A stretch of DNA of 64,000 nucleotides from Raja brachyura. Its lineage: Eukaryota. Where the stretch lies: NCBI GenBank assembly GCA_963514005.1, contig OY740823.1:1674001-1738000 (forward strand). Reading direction: 5' to 3'. Below the pieces are notes generated by a model. It worked only from the letters and a program-made list of their open reading frames with translations, was not told where the DNA came from and ran no database searches. Of this stretch, positions 11,390 through 26,239 are shown piece after piece; the first letter of the stretch is position 1, and each line of letters opens with the position of its first letter. The translations under genes were made by a program, and so were the position numbers.

Positions 11390-13925
11390 TAACCATATAA
11401 CCATATAACCATGTAAAAATCACAGCACGGAAACAGGCCTTCTCGGCCCTTCCAGTCCGTGCCAACCATTTATTTTCCCATAGTCCCATCTACCTGCACT
11501 CAGACCATATCCCTCCATTCCCTTCCCGTCCATATAACTATGCACTTTACTTTTAGACGTTCGAATCGATCCTGCCTCCACCAATTCTGCTGGAAGATCA
11601 TTCCACACAACCACCACTCTCTGAGTAAAGAAGTTCCCCCTCAGGTTACCCCTAAGCTTCTGTCCCTTAATTCTCATGTCATGCCCTCTTGTTTGAATCT
11701 TCCCTACCCTCAATGGGAAAAGCTTATCCACGTCAACTCTGTCTTTCCCTTTCATCATTTTAAAGACCACAATCAAGTCCACCCTTAACCTTCTGCGCTC
11801 CAAAGAATAAAGACCTAACTAGTTCAACCTTTCTCTGAAACTTAGTTGCTGGAACCCAGGCAACATCCTAGTAAATCTCCTATGTACTCTCTCTCTATTT
11901 TGTTGACATCCTTCCTATAATTAGGCGACCAAAATTGTACACCGTACTCCAGAATTGATCTCACCAATGCCTTGTACAATTTTAACATTACCTCCCTACT
12001 ACTATATTCAATGCTCTGATTTATAAAGGCCAGCACACCAAAAGCTTTCTTTACCACCCTATCTACATGCGATTCCACCTTCAGGGAACTATGCACAGTT
12101 ATTCCTAGATCCCTCTGTTCCACAGCATTTCTCAATGCCCTACCATTTACCATGTACATCCTATTTTGATTTGTCCTGCCAAGATGTAGCACCTCACACT
12201 TATCAGTATTAAACTCCATCTGCCATCTTTCAGCCCACTCTTCCAAATGGCCCAAATCTCTCTGTAGACCTTGAACATCTGCTTCATTATCCACAGCACC
12301 ACCTATCTTAGTATCATCTGCATACTTACTTATCCAATTTTCCACCCCATCATCTAGATCATTGATGTACATGACAAACCACAGTGGTCCCAACACAGAT
12401 TCCTGAGGCACCCCACTGGCCACCGGCTTCCAACCTGACAAACAGCCATCCACCATTACTCTTTGACATCTCCCATTCAGCCACTGTTAAATCCATCTTC
12501 CTACTCCGCCATTAAAACCCAAAGATTGAACCTTCTGGACCAACCTTCCATGGGGAACCTTGTCAAAGGCCTTACTGAAATCCATATAGACAACATCCGT
12601 GCATCGGTAACATCTCGGTAATCTGTGCATCGCTCCTTCCCTCTGCAACTGGATACTGGACTTTCTAACCAACAGACCCCAGTCTGTTAGGTTAGACAAG
12701 CACACCTCTTCAACCCTCACCCTGAACACCGACGTTCCACAGGGCTGTGTGCTGAGCCCCCTCCTCTACTCCCTCTTCACCTATGACTGCACACCTGTAC
12801 ATGGTACTAACACCATCATCAAGTATGCAGATGATACAACGGTGATTGGCCTCATCAGCAACAACGATGAGTCGGCCTACAGGGAGGAGGTCCAGCACTT
12901 AGCAGCATGGTGCGCTGACAACAACCTGGCCCTTAACTCCAAGAAGACCAAGGAGCTCATTGTGGACTTCAGGAAGTCCAGGGGCGGCACGCACACCCCC
13001 ATCCACATTAACGGTACGGAGGTGGAACGTGTTTCTAGCTTCAGGTTCCTGGGAGTCAACCTCTCCGACGACCTCTCTTGGACCCACAATACCTCAACTC
13101 TGATCAAGAAGGCTCACCAGCGTCTCTTCTTCCTGAGGAGACTGAAGAAGGTCCATCTGTCTCCTCAGATCCTGGTGAACTTCTACCGCTGCACCATCGA
13201 GAGCATCCTTACCAACTGCATCACAGTTTGGTATGGCAACTGCTCTGTCTCCGACCGGAAGGCATTGCAGAGGGTGGTGAAAATTTCCCAACGCATCACC
13301 GGTTCCTCGCTCCCCTCCATTGAGTCTGTCCAAAGCAAGCTTTGTCTGCGGAGGGCGCTCAGCATCGCCAAGGACCTCTCTCACCCCAACCATGGACTGT
13401 TTACCCTCCTACCATCCGGGAGGCGCTACAGGTCTCTCCGTTGCCGAACCAGCAGGTCCAGGAACCGCTTCTTTCCGGCGGCTGTCACGCTACTCAACAA
13501 CGTACCTCGGTGACTGCCAATCACCCCCCCCCCCCCCCCGGACACTTATTGTTATTTATTCAAATCATTTGCTGTGTCGCTCTTCCAGGGAGATGCTAAA
13601 TACATTTCGTTGTCTCTGTACTGTACACTGACAATGACAATTAAAATTGAATCTGAATCTGAATCTGAATCCACTGCTTTACCCTCATCAATTTCCCTAG
13701 TAACCTCTTCAAAAAATTGAAGTAGGTTGTCAAACATGACCTTCCAGGCACAAATCCACGTTGACTGTTCTTGATCAGACCCTGTTTATCCAGATGCTTC
13801 TATATATTATATCTAAGTATCCTTTCCATTAATTTCCCCACCACTGACGTCAAACTAACAGGTCTACAATTGCTAGGTTTATTCTTTGAACCCTTTTTAA
13901 ACAATGGAACGACTTGCGCAACCTT
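11390..13925 (-). mobile_element. 5'-truncated CR1 LINE (second subfamily) interrupted by a Rex1 insertion
   Basis: Minus-strand RT segments (YMDFSKAFD, YADD, FFTQRVV). (AACCATAT)n tail at ~11391-11415. The CR1 sequence resumes seamlessly after 13672. Confidence 0.9.
12599..13668 (+). mobile_element. 5'-truncated Rex1/Babar LINE nested in CR1
   Basis: Open RT C-terminal frame ([43 protein letters not shown]) ending at 13513, with a (TGAATC)n tail and ATCC at both junctions (12595-12598, 13669-13672). Confidence 0.92.
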
Positions 13926-14249
13926 GAAATTTAATGTGCAACTTTTGGCATGACGAGTTATGAATTCCTTCTATCTAAATTATATCTAAATCTATGCCAA
14001 ATTTCAAGCAGATACCAGACATGCGTCACGAAAGTAAAATTCCAGATACATTTTCGATGTTAGGCCCACGGTGTAAAACCCAGTTTAATTTCTCCACATC
14101 CCGATTAACTCAACCTAGATTCGACCAGTCGCCAACACACAGGGGTGCAGGAGGGGATTAACAAAGGCCGATTACCCGCCCCTCTTGCACAACAACCGAC
14201 TTGTATTGTAATGGTGTTTTGCACATTGGTCATGTTCTTCGTACCGTTT

Positions 14250-15000
14250 GTCTTTAGGATTCCTGTACGATTTATGATTTTTTTTAATGAGATGTCTGAG
14301 TTTATGAGCCCGTGATGCTGTTGCAAGTAACATTTCCATTGTACCAGTACCTCAACGTACTTGTGCATATCAAAATAAAGTAAGTGCAAGGTCAACAGGT
14401 CGATGATATCCATCCCGTCAGACGTGAATGTGCCTGTTAACAGGATCACTGCTGCAGAGGTAAGATCGGCCTTCCCCAGGGTGATCCCGGGGAAAGAAAC
14501 TGGCCCGGATGGAGTCTCTGTCAGCTTCCATAAGAATTTCGCGGAGCACCAAGCGAGATTGTTCACGGATTTTTTAATTCTCTACCTCCTCCATTGAAAA
14601 GCAATTTCACATGCCTTACTGACTATCTTCCAGTAGCTTTGACATCCACAATCATTAATGCTTAGAGAGGCTAGTTATGTAACATACTAACTCCAGTCTA
14701 CCCAGCATCGATAATCCACTGCAGTCCGCCTACCGCCACAACAGGTCAACGGCTGATGCCCTCTCCCTGGTCATACACTCAACCCTGCAATGCCTGGATA
14801 AGCACACCTATGGCAGACTCCTATTCAGTCACCCTCTCTTTCTGCATTCAATTACATTATCGCAAACAAGCTCGTGGCCAAACAATTAGCATTGGAAGTC
14901 AGCACTGTCCGTTTATGTGGACCGTCGACCTTCTGTCCAACAGACGACAATCAATGAGTATAGGTGACAATTCGTCCTTTAAATTAATAACTTGACTAAC
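14250..15000 (+). mobile_element. Old Rex1-like LINE remnant, part of the duplicated intergenic spacer
   Basis: Degenerate GKETGPDGV, PVALTS and AYRHNRST-like motifs. Homologous copies lie at ~32250-32970 (+) and ~49240-49960 (-). Confidence 0.7.
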
Positions 15001-15861
15001 CTGAATCCTGAAGCGGAGCTATTCAGGAAAAGAGGCGACAGGTTGGAACTGCTTCAATGGCGTTCAAAGGGGTAATAATGAAATAAAGCTATAAATCAGA
15101 ATTACAATACTGAACATCCCAGTCGCAACCTCGATTCACAGTCTCTGCAATTATGAAGTGATTACCGGATCCGGGGCGAAAATACCGGGAAGGCAATGTT
15201 CCACATTATCTGACTGAACGTGGAGCACTGTGGCACGGAATGATGTCGCTGGCAGCATGCGTAACGTCGTGGGTACCACGCACGGCTTATCGCTGCTGGA
15301 TCCCTCTGAGAACCACCGCCGACTCGCACTCATTTGCTTTCTGCCCATGAGGTTCAGTGCTGTTAGAAAGACAGACAGGGTGCGCATTGTGGCACATTTG
15401 GTGGGGGGGGGGGGGGGGGGGGGGGTATTGAGGGGGAAATGAACGATGTTTGATATATTCTTAATGACCTTTGGAGTACAAGAGACGGGGGGGAATATTA
15501 TACACATTGAATCTACATGCAGTTTCCACTACGTATCTATAGTTAACGCCCGGTTGGCACTTTTCTGTCTTCTCTGTGTCTATCTCGCTGTGCTGCCCCG
15601 GAAAGCAAGACTTTCACTGTAACTGAACCACGAGGCATTTTTTGTAGATGACAATAAACTAGAATCGATTTGAACCCCCAATGCCCGTATTCCTGTCAAT
15701 ACCCTTTCGTGTTCTTAATTGGTACAATGGACACGCATTGGAAAATCGCTTTCACATGAATTTCATTTTCATGATTATTACCTGGTTTTACATTCTTAAA
15801 ACTTTTAACTGCTAAATATTCTCTAAAATAAAAGGTGATATTTGACTTCAAATAATATCAT

Positions 15862-18852
<2,991 letters not shown>

Positions 18853-19969
18853 AATGTTCGGAGATCACCGCAGCCCTCGACAATGACTGGCTGACATCGC
18901 CGGCCGCGCTACTTATACCCCGTCAGTCTGGGGAAGCCCGTCGTCTGATTGGTCGGTCGGGAGAATGGTTGCTAGGTGCCATGTAAACAAAGTCAGCGGC
19001 GGACGGGCGCTGATTGGCTGCATTGTCTAAAAGGGGGGGGGGGTCAAATGCTGGTCACAATAGATAACGGGCATTGTCATCTCATCTTAAACACCGTCCC
19101 CTCACTGAGTCAGATCCCCAAGCACAGGGACTTCCTACTTGTCCCCTGCAATGATATCTCCAGCAATTAAATCACTCAGTCAGCCCTGCAATCGAAGGAA
19201 TATCAGTAGAGGCGGGAACAGGCCATTCGGCCCCTCGGGCCTCTCTGTCATTACCATTTGCCGCCTTCTACTCCGCGGCCAACCTCCTGCCTATCTCAAT
19301 ACACCTTGATTGAAATTTTGATCGCACTCAGCTCCACTGGGCGGGGTTCACTACCAACTGTTTGAAGACATGTTTGCTCAGCTTGGTCCAAATTAGCTGA
19401 CGAACAGAAGATGCAAAATCATGGAAGCGTGTACTATCAGATGTAGGAAAAGATTCATCCCAGTTGCTATTAGACCAATGAACAGACTTCTCATCAGCTA
19501 ACTCTGCATTTTCGATCTTCCAGCCTACCCCGTATCAGTCATTCAATTTTTAAAAACCGCATTTCCCCAACAGCTGTAACACTATATTCAGCACTATATT
19601 TATACTCTATTTCTGTCTGCCGTACTTGTATCCTTGTATCGTAAAATCATCTTGCTATCGTGTCTGCCGCCACCACCCAATCAGCAACGCTTTCCAGGCA
19701 CCGTTATCCCTCTGTGTAATATAACCCTGTTTCTGGATAATTCATATCGATCAACACATTCTGCGTGAAAACATATTTGCTGGGCCGGGTCCTAAATAGC
19801 TGAACTCATATTCGCTGCATGAATCCTGGCTGTGGAATCCATTCTGTCGTGTCCTGTACAACTGTTATAAGTTTCCACCGAATATCTCACTCTCCAGAAT
19901 GCAGAGATCTCAGTCTACGTCACTTAATCTCTGTTTATACGGCAAATCACAACATATTAGCAGATGGTG

Positions 19970-22030
19970 TATAGCGGGTTTAGGATGTTTGGGAAGCTTT
20001 TCAAAGGGGGGTGGCATGACAGGATTACAAAAATGTTATGTGAAATAATGTGCACACAGCGCACATCACATGCGGGAAGCCCCTCGCGTCCGGGTTCCAG
20101 GGCCCGCTTAAGGGCCCTGAAAGCTCTCAGGTTTTAGATGCTCTCTAGTGCATTCTGAGTTTTATTTTGATGCATTTTTGCACAAAATGTATTATCAATA
20201 TTTCAGAAATAATTGTGTTTGAGGGAATGGAATGGGATGATTGGGGTCATTGTTGTATCCATTTTTTTAAAATCAAGAATGATTGTCCATGTTTTAATAA
20301 TCAAGTTGTACTGTTGTAAAATGTTATGTGAAATGTTATAAAGGAGCATGTAAAAACTGAAAATAAAATACTGTAAGTTTTTGCAGTAAAGAAAACCTTT
20401 TTGTAGAAAATGTTTTGTGTATTGATTTGATTGCCTGTTACTGTTAGACCGTGTACGTGTGTGCAGTGCACCTTTAATGGTCCTCCTGACCTAACAACTT
20501 CACACCACATCAACTTCAACATGAAATAGTGATGTGAATACAACATTTAGTTCGACTTCAATTTCCATCATGAAAATTGAAGTCAAACTAAATGGTGCAT
20601 TTGCATTACTATGACAGTTTTCAAACTAACCCATTATACTGTCACACTATTATAACAAATTCTAGTATCATGATGACTCATAAACAGGATCACAAATCAC
20701 ATTTTGAATTCCCAAACATAACGTGATTGCGAATAATTGCAGAGCTGCTAAGTTTCACATGGCATTTCTGTATTTTGATGGCTGAGAATTACTATTTTGT
20801 TGGAGAAGTCGGCATTTCTCACATAAATGCAATAGAACGTGCTACACAGAAACTGGATGTTTGAAAATCAGCATTTTGCATGCAACCTCATCTAATCCCA
20901 AATATTAGTATGGAATATTGAAAATCAGTACTGCTGGATCGTGAAATCATTTTTGAAATATGAATTTATAATTCTTGATTTTGATTCCATAACATAAAAA
21001 TATATAATAACATAACATCAATTTCACAATTCATCATATAGTTTACCAAACAATCAAACATGCTTGCATGATATTGCATAATCATTCAGGTGCACCTGGT
21101 AAATGTCACATAAAGGTGAGCAGCATGGGAAGTAGAATTTTAAAGAATCACCCAGTGATACTATTGTTGAGCAACGCTGACTAGCATGACTGGAATTAGT
21201 TCTTAGTTCACTGTCACTCAGCACTCAGCATGCTGGCATGATGCTGCAAAATAATTCAGGTGCTCCTGAATGTATATTGCCATTTACCAAATGCAAAGGC
21301 ATTCGTTGGCCTTAGTCAATATGCCATCCCTGATTCCACGAATATAGCACCTCAGACCAGTTTATCCAGCATGGCAGTCCTCAGTTTGTTAATGCTGTCA
21401 AAGCATGTTTCGCTAACAGTAGGGGCACCTGATGTAGGTGTAAATATAATGGCAGTCCTTAGTTCATTAACGCTGTCCAAAGCCTGTGTTATTCCGCAGC
21501 TAGTACACTGATGTTGATAGCCCGACTTCTACCTCTTCTTGCAGTGCCCTGTTTGGGCTGCCAACGTGTGAGGAGTTAGCAGGCAGTTCAGGGTTGCTCT
21601 CAAAGGCTTTGACAACACTCTTGGCAGACCAGCATATAATGACATTTAGACATTAATCACATTTTCCAGTTCAAGTTTCCGATAATGTAATTGAGCAAAC
21701 CTACTCACCACTTTGTCCAAGTCATGGGCAAAGTCATAGTGAATGTGCATTAAGGCGAGTGCTGACAGCCTGTCATTGCTCATGGAAGCCCTTGCGTAGT
21801 GATGCAGGCGACGGGCACTCATGGCACGCCTGCATATATTGCCATTTAGCCATAAATCATGTTTTCCAGTTCCATTTTCCAAGAATGTAACTGCGCAAAT
21901 CAAATCACGACTTTGTCCAAGTTATGGGCAAAGTCATAGTCAATGTGGATTAAGGCAATTGCAGACATCCTGTCATTGCTCATGGAAGTCCTGGTCTTTG
22001 CTTCTTCGCGTATGTGAAAAATGTGAGATC
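19970..22030 (-). mobile_element. Degenerate hAT-family DNA transposon remnant
   Basis: A hAT C-terminal dimerisation-like motif occurs twice on the minus strand: RASMSNDRLSALALMHIH (~21650-21800) and RTSMSNDRMSAIALIHI (~21900-22000). Element boundaries are approximate. Confidence 0.7.
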
Positions 22031-22099
22031 GCGCCCCAAGCAAGTATGCCGCCTGAGGGGAGCACCAAGTGTCCCTGCTACCTCCGCAGTCAAATGGAG

Positions 22100-22992
22100 T
22101 GGGACAAGCGGGGTCGGCAGAGCGCCGTGGAGAGACTGGCAGCCGACAAGGCCAAGCACTCGAAGAGCCAGATGGCGAGGGGGTGCAAAGTGGAGCCCTA
22201 TTAATTGGGCAGCTCTGCCTCCAAGGAAGGCAGCGGCAGCGGGGCCAGCAGCCGCATGCAGATTTACCTGGCCTCCGGCAGCCCCCAGCAGAGCGGGCAG
22301 CTGGGGCTCCCGCCTGACATTGTGCGTCGCTCCAGCTACAAGTGGCAACTCGGGACCGACTCGCTGGCCATGTGCCGGCAGAAATGCGAGTTCGTGCGGG
22401 GAGCGGCGGCCACCAGCGACTGCTGCCCGGCTCCAGCGGCGGGGGCGTCAAGCATCAGGGGCCGGCAAAGGGAGCAGCAACGTCAGAAGTGGGGCAATTA
22501 GCAGAGGGTACAGAGGCTGCAGCACCCGGCACCCAGCACAAGTAACCACACCAGCAGCACTCCAGGGAGAAACAGCAGCCTCGCCTGCAACACCCCAGGG
22601 TGCACAAGTAATTACACCAGCAGCACCCAATGGCGCACAAGTAACTACAACAGCAGCACCCAAGGGCGCACAAGTAACCACTCCAGCAGCGCCCCAGGAA
22701 GCACCAGTCGCCACGCCAGCAGCATCCTAGGGTGCACAAGTAGCCATGCCAGCAGCGCCACGGGAAGCAGCAGCAGGTCGCCCCAAGGAGCCGCTCAAGC
22801 GGCAAGTTGGTGCCGGGTTATGGCGCTTGCACTCCGACCACAGCTGCTGGTTCTCCCGAGCCTGCTCGGGTTTGGACAGTCTCGTCGAGCAATGCGGATT
22901 CGCGCCTGAGGCGATCAAGAACCTGGCCAGGGAGAGGTTTGCCGCCGACGCTGGCTTCGAAATCCTTGCCCTCAGGTTTCGCAGCGCGAAAA
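22100..22992 (+). pseudogene. FAM110C: FAM110C-like pseudogene fragment
   Basis: Three collinear FAM110 blocks: SAVERLAADKAK, DSLAMCRQKCEFVRG, and LHSDHS...QCGFAPEAIKNLARERF...LRFRSA. In-frame TAA at 22202-22204, a frameshift near 22430-22500 and TAG at 22728-22730. The N-terminus and the ERNARIIKWL C-terminus are missing. FAM110D is not excluded. Confidence 0.8.
22537..22767 (+). repeat. 33-bp tandem repeat, 7 copies, encoding QVTTPAAPQGA-like 11-mers
   Basis: CACAAGTAACCACACCAGCAGCACTCCAGGGAG-type units with a 33-bp period, in frame with the FAM110 C-terminal block. Confidence 0.9.
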
Positions 22993-23200
22993 GCCTGTCC
23001 CACATGGGTGACATTTTCGGCGACAGCCTGAAAAGAAAAGGAGTTGTCGTGTCGTTGTCGGGTCACGTGTAGTGACGCGCGGTGACTCCCTGTCACCTCT
23101 GGAATTTCGAATGTTCAAAATCCAGGGGCGACATCTGGCTGTCTAATCATGTCGTGCGCCCTGTCACGCGCTGACGTATGCTGCCCTGCGGGTGACGACC
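22993..23200. mobile_element. Probable non-autonomous DNA transposon fragment (Harbinger-like end)
   Basis: Begins GCCTGTCCCAC followed by GTCAC/GTGAC-rich subterminal motifs, and truncates the FAM110 fragment. Confidence 0.4.
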
Positions 23201-23829
23201 GGTTACAGTTAGGTTTCGGGTTATGGATCACAGATGGGCTGTAAAATATGATTCCGTCAACGCATGGATTTTAAACATTAATATACCAAAATTAATACAA
23301 TTAAATCAAATGGAAAATATGTTTGACCAGTTTTAGTTACAGAGGTATTAGTCTGCGTCCAGATCCAATCACCATCTGAGGAAGGGCAGCGGTGGGGGGG
23401 GGGGGGGGGGGGGGGGGGTAGCTCTGCTGGTTAGGGATGGAATTCAGTCCCTTGCGAGGGAAGACATAGGGACTGACGAGGTAGAGTGACTGTGGATTGA
23501 GTTGAGGAATTGTAACGGCAAGAAGACACTAATTGGTGTTATTTACAGACCACCAAATAGTAGTCGGGATGTCGGGTGTAAGTTGCAGCAGGAGTTATAA
23601 TCCCACTTCAGAATTAACATTAAATTTACGACTGAAATATCTCCTGACCAAATATGTGAAGTACATGACCGATTGTCGAAGTAGAACCTGGATAAATCTA
23701 ATGTATAGTTGTGAATGTTGCTCAGTAAATAACTACAGAACGTATACTCCATATTAAGAGCATTGATTTGCCGTTAAAATAAATTATGTAATAACGTGTC
23801 TGTAATGAATTCTGTAATAGCCGATTGGC

Positions 23830-25660
23830 TCTAGCCCGAGTAGGAGGAGAGGTAAAAGTGCGTCAGAGGGGGAAAGCAGTTTTAAATTGAGGAATTTGGT
23901 TTGTAAATTCGTATATTAGGCAATTTATCAGTCAATATGAGCAAGACGGCTCTTACGCAGCGGCAGCGAGGGAGCGGCCTTGTGAGTGAAGTGCCCTGTG
24001 AGAAAGGGGCGAGTCGTTGGCTCGAGAGTCTTCGGCGAGGAGGCTACGCAAAACGGTGGAGAGGGAGAGACGAAAGAACGAGATGTCAGGCAAGCTGATT
24101 CAGTGTGATGCTCGCAGTATGTGGGAGGGCAAGAACACTGCAGGTGCCTCTGGCTGCTACAAATGTGAGAAGTGCATCCAGGTACAGCTCATGAAGGACC
24201 GTATTGGGGAACTGGAGAACCAAGTGGATGACCTCAGGTTCGTCCTCGACAAGTCCTACAGTAAGATTGTTACACCTATGGTACTGGAAGAGAGAAAGTG
24301 GGTAAAAGTGAGAAAGGGAAGGAAACTTGGAATGCAAAGGTCCCCGGGTGCTGTACCTCTTGTGAACAGGTTCCCCCACTTTGAAGCTGTCGGGACAGTA
24401 TAGGTTAACACACTGAGCGGCGGACTGGCTTGCGAAGCAACATGGGATGGTGAGCCGAACCCAAAGAGGCCAAGGTCAGGCAACGCCGTTGTAGTCGGAG
24501 ACTCCATTGTGAGAGGTACGGACAGGGGTTTCTGCGGCAACAAACAGGATTTGAGGATGGTGTGCTGCCTTCTTGGTGCCAGGATCCAGGATGTCACGGA
24601 CAGAGTGCAGAAAATCCTCAAGGGCGAAGGTGAACAGCCGGAAGTGGTAGTGCATTTCGGCACAAACGATGTCGGAAAGAAGGGGATGAATATTCTGCAG
24701 CGTGAATTTTGAGAGCTCGGAGAAATGCTAAAAAGCACGACCTCCAGGGTTGTTATCGCCGGTTTGCTTCCAGTTCATCGTGCAGGCGAGAGCAGGAACA
24801 GGGAGGTACGGAACCTGAATGTGTGACTGAGGAACGTGGTGCAGGGGGCAGGGATTAAGATTCTTGGATCACTAGGATCTGTTTTGGAGTAAGGGTGAAC
24901 TGTACAAAAGGGACGGATTGCATCTTAACAGGTGGGGGACCAGCATTCTGACAGGCAGGTTCGCCACTGCTACACGGGTGGTTTTAAACTGAATAAGGGG
25001 GATGGGGTGTCAAATGGAATAGTCGAGGATGGAATTTAAGGGTAAGAGAGTAAAGGGGTGGTTAATGACCCCAGAATTAACGGGAAAGGAAGATCACAAA
25101 GAGATAGGAGAGTATGGCCAAGTGTAATAGGGATCGATGTGAAAGGTGAGATGCGTAAGGAAGTAAAGGTATTGTATGTGAATGCGCGAAGTATAAGAAA
25201 CATAGTAGATGAGCTTGAGGCTCAGTTAGAGGTTGGTAAATATGACAATGTGGGGATTACTGAGACGTGGCTGCAGGAGGATCGGGCCTGGGAACTTAAT
25301 ATTCAGGGTTATAGAATATTCAGGGTCATCCCATAGAAATTACAGGCAGGTGGGCAGTGGAGGGGGGGGGGGGGGTAGCTCTGCTGGTGAGGGATGGAAT
25401 TCAGTCCCTTGCGAGGGAAGACATGGGGACTGACGAGGTAGAGTCACTGTGGATTGAGTTGAGGAATTGTAAAGGTAAGAAGACACTAATTGGTGTTATT
25501 TACAGACGACCAAATAGTAGTCAGGATGTAGGGTGTAAGTTGCAGCAGGAGTTAAAACTGGCATGTAACAAAGGTAATGCCACTGTGGTGATGGGGGATT
25601 TCAATATGCAGTTAGACTGGGAAAATCAGGTTGGTACAGGATCCCAAGAAAGAGAGTTCA
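23830..25660 (+). mobile_element. 3'-truncated degenerate CR1 LINE (ORF1 plus start of ORF2)
   Basis: MSGKLIQC...YKCEKC zinc finger, VVGDSIVRG and VVVHFGTND esterase motifs, then YVNARSI, GITETW and MGDFN. An inverted CR1 RT scrap follows at ~25665-25815. Confidence 0.85.
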
Positions 25661-26239
25661 AGGGGTATGAAAACTTTTGCAAGCCACTGTATATCCATTC
25701 AACAATCTCTCATTGGATTCCATGCAATCTAACTTTCCAGAGCAGCCTACCATGTGGAATCTTGTCAAACGCTTTGCTGAAATCCATATATTCAACATTA
25801 ACAGCTCTGCCTTGATCACCCTTTTTCCAATCCTGTTTTTTAATACCTATCTTGTAGCACTTATTAATAATATATGTATAATTGGTGTAATAGAGGATGC
25901 CCAGTGTTATCGGGATCTATGTGCCTCTGAAGCAGCGACATGCAAGATTTTCCCTATACCTGCACCTCACCGTACTTTAGGCACGTGCCGTGAGTAATTA
26001 CTCAGGGTAGGCAGTCAATCGGCTTTAAACAAAAATTAAACCGCGCATGCGCAGATTCTTCCCTCCGTTAAATAAATAAATAAATTAAAGTTGCGACAAT
26101 TCAATTTGCCCAAGACATCCTAGTCTCCTTTATTCTGAATTACTGAATGGGTGTAGGGGGGCGGGGGTGCAGGGTGAAGCGTGATGGCAGATGGAGAGAT
26201 GGTGGGAAAAACGGGAGTACAGGGAATAGTTGAATCAGT

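Noticed and set aside
22014-22730. 238-aa ORF as a novel intact gene
   Set aside because: Its first half is an off-frame reading of the FAM110-like pseudogene; only the repeat part is in the ancestral frame.
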